A stretch of 64,000 bases of DNA from Bryobacterales bacterium (GTDB taxonomy: Bacteria > Acidobacteriota > Terriglobia > Bryobacterales > UBA6623), in NCBI GenBank assembly GCA_965237575.1, contig CBDEGI010000004.1:3541963-3605962 (forward strand), given 5' to 3'. Both the position numbers and the translations under genes were made by a program. Position 1 is the first letter of the stretch. Every line of letters starts with the position of its first letter. The notes beneath the pieces were generated by a model. It saw only the letters and a program-made list of their open reading frames with translations. It had not been told where the DNA came from and made no database searches. Shown piece by piece: positions 17,878-25,451 of this stretch.

Positions 17878-17914
17878 CGATCTCTTCGATCTCGCCCTGA
17901 GGGCATTCGGCGGC

Positions 17915-19249
17915 CTAGCGCCCTCTCGGCAGTTGGAAGCCTTTCGGCAGCGGCCGATTCTCGTCACCGCACAGCGCCCGCATGACCTCCAGCTCCGCCG
18001 CCGTCAGATGGTTGTAGCCGTGATAGAGGAAACGCCGCAGCCCCGCCCGACGCGAGGCTTCAAGAATGCGAAGGAAGTCCCCCGCGCCCATCGGGTCGCC
18101 CCCATGGGGCCGCCGCCCGACATCGACCCAGGGCACCACCTGCTCGGGACGCTCGGCGGCCGCCAGGACCGCCCTCGTGGCGTGCTCGACCACCCGGCTG
18201 AAGAACGCGTCGGGGAAACCTCGCTCGAAGTCGAGCGCGGTCTCAACCTGCGGCAAGCGAACGCCCAACAGCATCTCGATGACCTGCAACGCCGCACGCT
18301 CCGACAGGCCCGGGTTCCAGGCGCGCAAGGTCGCCAGCCAGCGGTAGACCGTCCCATAGAGGCCGTCGATGCCGCGGTGCCAGAAGTAATGCTTCGGATG
18401 CAAATAGTCGGCGTAACGCACCAACGCCGGCAGATCGTAGCCACACAACGGTGTGAACACCGCCGAGCGCGGCCCGATGCCGAGCTCGAGGCCGGGTCGC
18501 TGCTCCGTCATCAGACCCTTCAGTGTCTTGATGGTGCCCGTGATGACGTCGGTTCGGAAGCGCAGCCAGTTTGCCAGGCCGTCGTCGAAGCCAAGCATCT
18601 GATAGCTCCCGAAAAAGCCGCGCCCGGCGTAGGCGTCGACAACTTTGTCGTCGAGATTGTGCAGGCGCTCTTCGAGACGGCGAGTGGCGGCTTGGAGCTC
18701 GCGCCAGTCGTAATGCATCGACTCGGCCAGCGGGCGAACCTTGTCGGGCAGGTCGTTGAAAATGTTCGAGCGGTGTCCCGCCGCGATCTCGAACCCCCAC
18801 TCGTGCCAGTCGATGATGCCGCCATCCGCCTCGGGGAACTGCGCCAGCGTGTCGAGGGCGCGCGCCGCCCAGCGGTTCGGGTTGGCGAATCGAGCAAACT
18901 TGTCTTGGTCCGACGGGCCGTAGCCGGCATCGGGACGGAACACCAAGATCTTCCAGCCGCGGCGCTTGGCGTCGGCAAACAGGCGGTCGAGCTTGCGGCG
19001 TTTTCCGGGAAAGAGTTGGGTCGGCGCAGGGGGAGGCTCGACGCCGAGACGCCGGTAGATTCTCGGATCCGGCTGGAAGATGGCTTGGTTGCGTCCGGCA
19101 TCATCGCGGACCAGCATGCGGCCGACCACGATGCCACGCACTCCGATGACTTCCCAGGCGTCAAGGATCCGAGGAAAGTCGTCGATGACCGAGTCGAGCG
19201 GCTGGCCGAAACGGATCCAGGCTTCGAGCTTGGGAGCGTCTTCGGGCAT
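17915..19249 (-). CDS. Hypothetical protein (444 aa), possibly a TIM-barrel-like enzyme
   Basis: The minus-strand translation has normal composition (MPEDAPKLEAWIRFGQPLDSVIDDFPRILDAWEVIGVRGIVV...YADYLHPKHYFWHRGIDGLYG...). The equal-length + ORF 17933..19267 is Arg/Pro-rich junk. Confidence 0.65.
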   Translation of the reverse strand: MPEDAPKLEAWIRFGQPLDSVIDDFPRILDAWEVIGVRGIVVGRMLVRDDAGRNQAIFQPDPRIYRRLGVEPPPAPTQLFPGKRRKLDRLFADAKRRGWKILVFRPDAGYGPSDQDKFARFANPNRWAARALDTLAQFPEADGGIIDWHEWGFEIAAGHRSNIFNDLPDKVRPLAESMHYDWRELQAATRRLEERLHNLDDKVVDAYAGRGFFGSYQMLGFDDGLANWLRFRTDVITGTIKTLKGLMTEQRPGLELGIGPRSAVFTPLCGYDLPALVRYADYLHPKHYFWHRGIDGLYGTVYRWLATLRAWNPGLSERAALQVIEMLLGVRLPQVETALDFERGFPDAFFSRVVEHATRAVLAAAERPEQVVPWVDVGRRPHGGDPMGAGDFLRILEASRRAGLRRFLYHGYNHLTAAELEVMRALCGDENRPLPKGFQLPRGR

Positions 19250-19572
19250 GAACGGTGTGCTGTGTAATTACCGGCGGCGTGTTACCGGCGGTAATCGGCG
19301 GCCTCACCAGGCGGGATGGTTGGCCGGTCACGCCGGTCTGATTCTACCGTGAACGGACAAACCTGAGGGGTTGTCACTACTACGTTACGCTCGCCGAGAA
19401 CGGAGATTTCTTGATCAGGTGCGACACAAGCGCGCAAGGCAGGCGCTACAGCATTTCCTGGGAGGACGGGAGGACCAGCGTGGGAAAGGTGGAGGGACTG
19501 CCAGCAGTCGAAAAGGTAGGGCCGCGCCCGGCTGGGTCTGACGCCCGCTCGTTCTAAAGCGATAACGCCCGA

Positions 19573-20001
19573 CTAGAGAGCTTTCTGCAGGGCTTCGCCC
19601 AGGGTGCCAACTGCTTCGGACTCCGATTCCTTCTTCGCCGGAGTGGAGGAAGCAGCAGCGCTGCCGCCGTCGGTGGCCGGGGTGCGGGCGGGTTCGTCTC
19701 TGGTGCGCTTGCCACGCCGCACTCCGCCTCGGCTGGCGGCGGGTTTCTCGCCCTTCGGGTGGGCCGTTTTGGCCCGCAGAAGCTTGCCGTCGATGGGAGC
19801 GCGATTGAAGCGCTGGATGATCGACTCCATTTCCTCTTCGTTGGGCGCTTCGACGAAAGCGTAGCCCTTCGACTCCTGTGTTTCGAAGTCGCGGATCACA
19901 CGGACGGAGTCACAAACCAGATCACTGCTTTCCAGCCAGGAGCGGATGTCGTCCGCCGTTACCCAGGTGGGAAGATTGCCAAGATAAATATTTTGGGGCA
20001 T
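19573..20001 (-). CDS. RRM-type RNA-binding protein with a basic/Ser-Ala-rich tail
   Basis: I prefer the internal ATG at 20001 over the track start at 20208. RNP2 is IYLGNL and RNP1 is KGYAFVEA. A roughly 200-nt leader precedes it. Confidence 0.85.
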   Translation of the reverse strand: MPQNIYLGNLPTWVTADDIRSWLESSDLVCDSVRVIRDFETQESKGYAFVEAPNEEEMESIIQRFNRAPIDGKLLRAKTAHPKGEKPAASRGGVRRGKRTRDEPARTPATDGGSAAASSTPAKKESESEAVGTLGEALQKAL

Positions 20002-20216
20002 TCGCGTGAAAGTCTTCCTGCTTGGATTATCCTTTCTAGGGCTTCCCACGTTGCGGGCACACAGATGCGCCACAACGCACCCGTACAAGAAGGAGGAACC
20101 TGCTACACAAGGACACCCTGAGTATAGCACATCACTCAAGAGGTTCCACGGCCTCGCGAAGGAGCGACAGATAGGATGCAAGTCCGCGGGCGATAGACTT
20201 CTCTCCAAAGGAAAAA

Positions 20217-20762
20217 CTAGGATTCGAACCGTTTCCGCATACTTTCGTTAAACTCCTCTGACCCACCTCGCGGGATGCTCAGCGTCTGCCAGCCGGCGGA
20301 CTGGAAATGCTTAGCGAGGAAAACGATCTGGCCGATGTGATACGCCTGGTGGGTCAATTGCCGCTGGATGGCTTGGAGTACCGTTTGCGGCTCGGCACGG
20401 ATGAGAATGGTCTTGCGCAGGTCAGCGGGGGTGAGGGATTCCATCGCTTCGAACAGGAGCCGCCAGCCTTGTTCCCAGGTGTCAAGGATCGAGGCGCGCG
20501 TGTCGTCGTCGCCGACTTCAAACTCCTGATCGCGATGGCGATCGGGCTTCTCGCCGTCGGAGGTGAGAAAGTTTGTCCAGCGGGAGTGCAGGTTGCCGGC
20601 GATGTGCCTGACGATGATGGCGATACTGTTTGATTCCGCGTCCGGGGCACGGAAGAAGTCGTCGTTGGCCACTTGCGCGATGGATTTGTCGGCGAGCAAC
20701 TTGAGGCGGTGGAACTCGCGTGTCGCATCGGTGAGGTAGGGCTGTGCGAGTGGGTCTTCCAT
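20217..20762 (-). CDS. DinB-superfamily protein (DUF1572-like)
   Basis: 181-aa ORF; REFHRLKLLADKSIAQV...SIAIIVRHIAGNLHSRWTNFLTSDGEKPDRHRDQEF...HQAYHIGQIVFLAK. Confidence 0.8.
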   Translation of the reverse strand: MEDPLAQPYLTDATREFHRLKLLADKSIAQVANDDFFRAPDAESNSIAIIVRHIAGNLHSRWTNFLTSDGEKPDRHRDQEFEVGDDDTRASILDTWEQGWRLLFEAMESLTPADLRKTILIRAEPQTVLQAIQRQLTHQAYHIGQIVFLAKHFQSAGWQTLSIPRGGSEEFNESMRKRFES

Positions 20763-20814
20763 AGTTGGGCTCCGATGGGCAACGCGACAGAACGCTGGAT
20801 AGCGCGCTACGTCC

Positions 20815-20999
20815 TTAGCCCGGAATTCTCATCACCTGACGGTCGAAGCACGCAATAAGGCCGCCATGACTTCGTTGCGCTTGCTTGCCGTGCTCAACGT
20901 ACTGTCAAGTACGCCTCCGCGCGCCAAGCTTCGCGCGCCTCGTCCTGACGGCCTTCTCAGGCACTTCGCCTCGCCACGTGGTGAGAATCCCGGGCTAGG
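20815..20999. repeat. Small inverted-repeat-bounded intergenic element (~185 bp)
   Basis: The left arm is ttagcccggaattctcatcacc (20815..20836). The right arm is ggtgagaatcccgggctagg (20980..20999). The arms are about 20 bp with 2 mismatches and one indel. The arm start TTAGCCCGG resembles REP-c. Confidence 0.4.
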
Positions 21000-21019
21000 T
21001 CCAGTAAGCCTCCGGTGTG

Positions 21020-22234
21020 TCAGTCCGGCCAGCTCAGCAAGCGCTGCTCGGACCAATAGAGGTCGTGGAACGCGACATCGTCCTTCGGGGGCCGCGGGTT
21101 CTCGATCAGGTGCGCGATCGTTTCGCCGATCGTGCGTGCGTCGGCCTCGTCCATCACAGCCAGGTTGAGCGAAATGCGCTCGCTGTCCTGGCCCTCGCTC
21201 CCGGGGCCGTCGTATGCGCCGCGAACCCAGATCGGCGGGTCGCCCTCGCGTAGTGAGTTAGCGAACTGGCGCGCGGTGAGACCGGTTTTCTTGCGGGGCA
21301 CGTCCACGTCAACCTGGCAGGGCCAGCTGCCTGGGTGCGCGGTGACGTGTTCGCCGACAACCTCGGCCAATCGGCGGAAGCGTGCCTTCTCGGCGGCTTT
21401 GTCGCGCGTGTACCAACGCTCGACGGCCGCCATGCAGCCGGCGACTCCTTCCTTGCCGACCTTCATCGCGCGGCCGATGCCCCAGTTCTGAAGGTAGGTG
21501 GCGCGGATCAGGTCCTTGCGGCCGCAGATCATGCCCGAGGTGGTGGCCGCCATGCGCTTGTGGGCGCTGGTGACGACCATCGAGGCCCCGTCTTCGACCA
21601 GCGGACGCACGTCCCACTCGCCCGCCGCGTCGACGAGAACCGGCACGCCCTGCTTCGAGGCAATCTCGACGCACTGCGCGAGCGGAATGAAGTCACCGGC
21701 CGGATGCACCACGCCGTTTTCGACAAACCAGACGGCAGCGGTTTGCGGGCCGATGGCGTCGCGGAGATAGAACGCGTCGCAGTGGTTCGCCGTGCCGATC
21801 AGTTTGAGCTTGGCGCCGGTGAGCCGCACCATCTGGGCGATCTCGCCGCCGAAGTTGAGGTTGTGGCTGTATTGCAGGACGACTTCATCGCGCATGCCGG
21901 CGGTATCGGGAAGCCGCAAGATCTTCCCCAAGTCGGCGCCGGTCATGGCGGCGGCGGTCATTACTGCCAGCCCCGCGGAGCACGAGGAGCTGACACAGCC
22001 GGCCTCAGTTCCCGCGGCTTGGGCGATCACACGGGAGGCGGCGGCTTGCAGCTCGTCGATCTCGACGTTGACCGACATGGCCTCGTTGACCGCGGCTTGC
22101 ACTTCAGGCGGGACGACGTTCGCACCGACGAGGGTGGACATGCCAATAGCGTTCAACAGACGCCGCACCCGATGGCGTTCGAGGAAGGGACGTTCTAGAA
22201 AAGGGGGTTCAGGGAAGGTCTTCGCATCAGCCAT
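21020..22234 (-). CDS. SelA-like / class-V-fold PLP-dependent enzyme
   Basis: 404-aa ORF with the lysine motif VVTSAHKRMAATTSG and a SelA/DgaE-like layout. The + ORF 21335..22198 is a shadow. Confidence 0.75.
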   Translation of the reverse strand: MADAKTFPEPPFLERPFLERHRVRRLLNAIGMSTLVGANVVPPEVQAAVNEAMSVNVEIDELQAAASRVIAQAAGTEAGCVSSSCSAGLAVMTAAAMTGADLGKILRLPDTAGMRDEVVLQYSHNLNFGGEIAQMVRLTGAKLKLIGTANHCDAFYLRDAIGPQTAAVWFVENGVVHPAGDFIPLAQCVEIASKQGVPVLVDAAGEWDVRPLVEDGASMVVTSAHKRMAATTSGMICGRKDLIRATYLQNWGIGRAMKVGKEGVAGCMAAVERWYTRDKAAEKARFRRLAEVVGEHVTAHPGSWPCQVDVDVPRKKTGLTARQFANSLREGDPPIWVRGAYDGPGSEGQDSERISLNLAVMDEADARTIGETIAHLIENPRPPKDDVAFHDLYWSEQRLLSWPD

Positions 22235-22245
22235 AACTGGTTATT

Positions 22246-22641
22246 ATGATCGCTATGGTCAACCCGGGAACAACCCTCGAACGAAAAATAGTCGTCAGCG
22301 AGCAGGACGCGATCTCATTTCTCGGGGCCGACGTGAAGCCGTCGCTGGCCTCACCGCGCATGATCGGCCACATGGAGTTCGCCTGCCGGGACGCTGTTCT
22401 ACCCCATCTGGACGAGGGCCAGGACACCGTCGGCACGCACGTCAACGTCTCGCACCTGGCTGCCACGGCGTTGGGAGACGAGGTGACGTACCGCGCCACC
22501 GTGATCGAAGTGGAGGGGCGCAAGCTGACGTTTGAGGTGGAGGCGCGCGATTCGAGGGAAGTTGCCGGGAAGGGCACCCACGAGCGCTACATCATCGACG
22601 TCGAACGGTTTGCGGCGGGGTTGAAGAAGAGGTTCGGGTAG
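22246..22641 (+). CDS. Hotdog-fold thioesterase (fluoroacetyl-CoA thioesterase-like)
   Basis: 131-aa ORF; ASPRMIGHMEFACRDAVLPHLDEGQDTVGTHVNVSHLAATALGDEV. Confidence 0.75.
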   Translation: MIAMVNPGTTLERKIVVSEQDAISFLGADVKPSLASPRMIGHMEFACRDAVLPHLDEGQDTVGTHVNVSHLAATALGDEVTYRATVIEVEGRKLTFEVEARDSREVAGKGTHERYIIDVERFAAGLKKRFG

Positions 22642-22654
22642 CCGTGTCCGCTCA

Positions 22655-23272
22655 CTACCGCCGGGAGAGAATGGCGAGGACTTCGTTGCCCCCGAAAGCG
22701 GTTTCGGCGACCGTCAGACCCGCGAGTTGGTAGCCTTCGCGCGCCACCTCGTTCAGTTCGTTTTGCATCGTCGAGGTGCGATTGGTCGCCAGCACGCGGT
22801 ACTCATACTGCGCCGATCGGTCAGCGGGGTCGCGCTCCAGGACGACGAGGACCTGACGTCCGCCGAACGTGGTCTCGGCAACGGACTGGGCGCGGTGGCG
22901 GTAACCGAACGCTCCCATGGTTTCCAGTTCACGCTGCATCGTGGCGGTTTTGTTTGTGGCCAAGACCTTGTACTTGAGCCGCTGAACCGGCGTTTCATCC
23001 AACGGCCTGGACAAGACCACGACCAACTCCTTTCCGCCATGGGTATCGCCTGCCATCATGGCGTGGAAGACGAATCCTTCGCCGGCGGCCTGGTTGAGCT
23101 CGGCCTCGAGCGTAGATGTCTTATTGGTGGCGAGCACCCGGAACTCATTGGTGGCCAGGTCGGGCAAGGGGAGTCGCGGCGACTCCGCTACCGCTTGGAC
23201 CGCGAAGAGCGCGCTCGCCGCCAATACCGTCACGAGCGAGATGCGCGAGTGTGTTTTCGGAGTGGCGTTCAT
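22655..23272 (-). CDS. Secreted protein built from three tandem ~50-aa repeats
   Basis: Signal peptide, then three modules: EFRVLATNKTSTLEAELNQAAGEGF..., KYKVLATNKTATMQRELETMGAFGY... and EYRVLATNRTSTMQNELNEVAREGY.... Confidence 0.7.
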   Translation of the reverse strand: MNATPKTHSRISLVTVLAASALFAVQAVAESPRLPLPDLATNEFRVLATNKTSTLEAELNQAAGEGFVFHAMMAGDTHGGKELVVVLSRPLDETPVQRLKYKVLATNKTATMQRELETMGAFGYRHRAQSVAETTFGGRQVLVVLERDPADRSAQYEYRVLATNRTSTMQNELNEVAREGYQLAGLTVAETAFGGNEVLAILSRR

Positions 23273-23393
23273 GATGTGGCTCCCGGGGCGGACACCGCTG
23301 CGACGGATCGAAATACGCTTTTCCGCCGCGCTGATTGATGGACGTGTGCGCCGGCGGGCGCGTTACGAAGATTGCCGGGCCGTGCGCGGTGGA

Positions 23394-24266
23394 TTACTCG
23401 AGCGCGAGGTATCGCGCCGGGTTGTGCTTCGTCATCAGACCGATCTCATCCCCGGTGAAGCCGTGGGATCTGAGCTGATCGAAGAACCAGATCAGGCCGT
23501 CAGTGTGGACCGGGTTGAGCGGTTGGCCAAGGTCGCTGGTGACGATGACGTGGGCGGGGCCGACCTCCCGGATGGCTGCTGCGTAGGCTTCCACGCTCAA
23601 GTCGCCGCTCGGCAACGCGATCGCGGCGGGGTATTCGAGAAACGCGCCGAGTTGCGCCGCTTCCTTCTGGAGCTCGACCGACATCCCGACCAGCGGCAGC
23701 ATGGGGTGGGTCACCAGGATGCGGCCGACGCCCACGCGCTTGGCCTCGCGGATCAGCAGCAGTGACTCCGCGGGGCTCGAGTGTCCCGTCGCCAGCGCCA
23801 GATTCAGCTCGCTCATCAGCGCAAGGACTTCTTGGACCTCCGGAAGCAGTTCGCCGTGACTCGAGACGGGCACGTGATTCGGATTCGGCTCGACAGTGCG
23901 GTGGTAGTGCTCGGAATCAAACGTCGGCATCCAGACGACACGGCCGAGCCCGCCGGTCGTGCGCGCCATATGTTCGACCGCCGGAGGGTTGATGCCGCCG
24001 ACCGTGCGGTTCAGCGCGATGCCGCCGTAGGATTCGATGCCCGGCACGGCTTGCGAGACGAGATAGGCGAGCGACGCCGTGTGCGTGTAGTGGTTCTTGA
24101 AGAGCAGTGCGCGCATCTGGTGGCGTTCGGCCATGCGGGCGGTCTCAAGCGCGTCGATCGAGCGTGGCCAACTGTCGGGGGCGCAATGGACGTGGAGGTC
24201 GATGACGCCTTGCAGTTGGGCGAGGGCGGTCAATGGAATCGTGAGGAGGAGGAAGAGGCGCAGCAT
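23394..24266 (-). CDS. Secreted amidohydrolase-fold (metal-dependent TIM-barrel hydrolase-like) protein
   Basis: 290-aa ORF with a signal peptide; VIDLHVHCAPDSWPRS...LLFKNHYTHTASLAYLV...VTHPML. Confidence 0.65.
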   Translation of the reverse strand: MLRLFLLLTIPLTALAQLQGVIDLHVHCAPDSWPRSIDALETARMAERHQMRALLFKNHYTHTASLAYLVSQAVPGIESYGGIALNRTVGGINPPAVEHMARTTGGLGRVVWMPTFDSEHYHRTVEPNPNHVPVSSHGELLPEVQEVLALMSELNLALATGHSSPAESLLLIREAKRVGVGRILVTHPMLPLVGMSVELQKEAAQLGAFLEYPAAIALPSGDLSVEAYAAAIREVGPAHVIVTSDLGQPLNPVHTDGLIWFFDQLRSHGFTGDEIGLMTKHNPARYLALE

Positions 24267-24324
24267 TCTAGATCTCCTTTTCTTCGGACCGGGTGCTTAC
24301 CCGTCACTCAAGTTCCGGACTCGG

Positions 24325-25149
24325 TTACCTTTGTTCCAACAGGCGATACACTTCGCGCTTGGGGATGCCCCGTTCCTTGGCGGCGCGCTTGATCGCGTCC
24401 ATGCGCGGGAGGCCTTCGTTTTCGATCAACTCGCGCACGTGAGCCGCGACATCCCGCGGAGGAGCAGCCGGCAGCGCGCCCTTCCCGATCAGCAACGTGA
24501 TTTCGCCGCGCGGGCTTCCTTTCTTCTTCAGCCCGGCGGACACCTCCGACGGCGTCCCCCGCACAAACTCCTCATGCATTTTGGTCAGCTCGCGAGCAAC
24601 CACGACCGGGCGCTCGCCCAGCACTTCGCCGATATCGTCAAGTGCCGCGAGAATGCGGTGCGGAGCCTCGTAGAAAACCAGGGTTGCCGTTTCCTCGGCC
24701 AGAGCCGCCAGGGCCTTGCAGCGCTGCGCCCGCCGGGCGGGCAAAAACCCCCCGAAGCGAAAAGAATCAGTAGGCAGCCCCGACGCCGCTAGCGCCGTCT
24801 CGATGGCCACGGGTCCGGGCACGGGGACCACGTTCACCCCGGCGGCGATGGCCTGCTCGACGATCCGGTATCCCGGGTCGGATATCCCAGGCATCCCGGC
24901 GTCGGAGACGACCGCGATCGACTCCCCCTCGCGGGCCCGCTCGACCAACTCAGCGGCGCGCTCGGCTTCGTTGTGCTCGTGATAGCTGACGAGCGGCTTG
25001 CTGATCTCGAAGTGCCGCAGCAGGCGGCCGGTGTGACGCGTGTCCTCGCAGGCGATAGCGTCGGCCTCCTTCAACACGCGCAGCGCGCGCAGGGTGATGT
25101 CTTCGAGGTTCCCCAAGGGTGTGGCCACGAGGTAGATCGTGCCAGGCAT
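24325..25149 (-). CDS. rsmI: 16S rRNA (cytidine1402-2'-O)-methyltransferase
   Basis: 274-aa ORF; GTIYLVATPLGNLEDITLRALRVLKEADAIACEDTRHTGRLL and SDAGMPGISDPG. Confidence 0.9.
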   Translation of the reverse strand: MPGTIYLVATPLGNLEDITLRALRVLKEADAIACEDTRHTGRLLRHFEISKPLVSYHEHNEAERAAELVERAREGESIAVVSDAGMPGISDPGYRIVEQAIAAGVNVVPVPGPVAIETALAASGLPTDSFRFGGFLPARRAQRCKALAALAEETATLVFYEAPHRILAALDDIGEVLGERPVVVARELTKMHEEFVRGTPSEVSAGLKKKGSPRGEITLLIGKGALPAAPPRDVAAHVRELIENEGLPRMDAIKRAAKERGIPKREVYRLLEQR

Positions 25150-25266
25150 GCCCTCTCATGGTCGTCCACACGGCTGCTGTGGGACAACTGTCCGTACCTC
25201 TCTGTCCGTACCCCTCAACGATTCCCCACCCAACCCCAGCCCAGCGAATCCGCCTCGAACCACCAC

Positions 25267-25305
25267 TCAGAGCCGCGGGCGTCAGCCCGCGTTGAGCAGC
25301 CGCGT
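25267..25305 (+). repeat. REP-b hairpin element (TCAGARCCGCGGGCG..A.CCCGCGTTGAGC family), copy 1
   Basis: tcagagccgcgggcgtcagcccgcgttgagcagccgcg; the stem is CGCGGGC/GCCCGCG. Confidence 0.6.
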
Positions 25306-25451
25306 TCGTGCATGAAGCTTCTAGTCCCAGATCCACTCGCAGGCTACGGACGGATTACGGCCCTCCAGGTCCGAACGCTGAAGGCTGTCCGCTGGCACTA
25401 AAATAAGGGCCTCGGCGGGTCTCAGACCCGCTCCTGAGCTTTCGGTGTCCC

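Noticed and set aside
17933-19267. 444-aa plus-strand ORF mirroring 17915..19249.
   Set aside because: Antisense shadow. Its composition is dominated by R, P, A and G, whereas the minus-strand product has balanced composition and aromatic-rich conserved-looking blocks.
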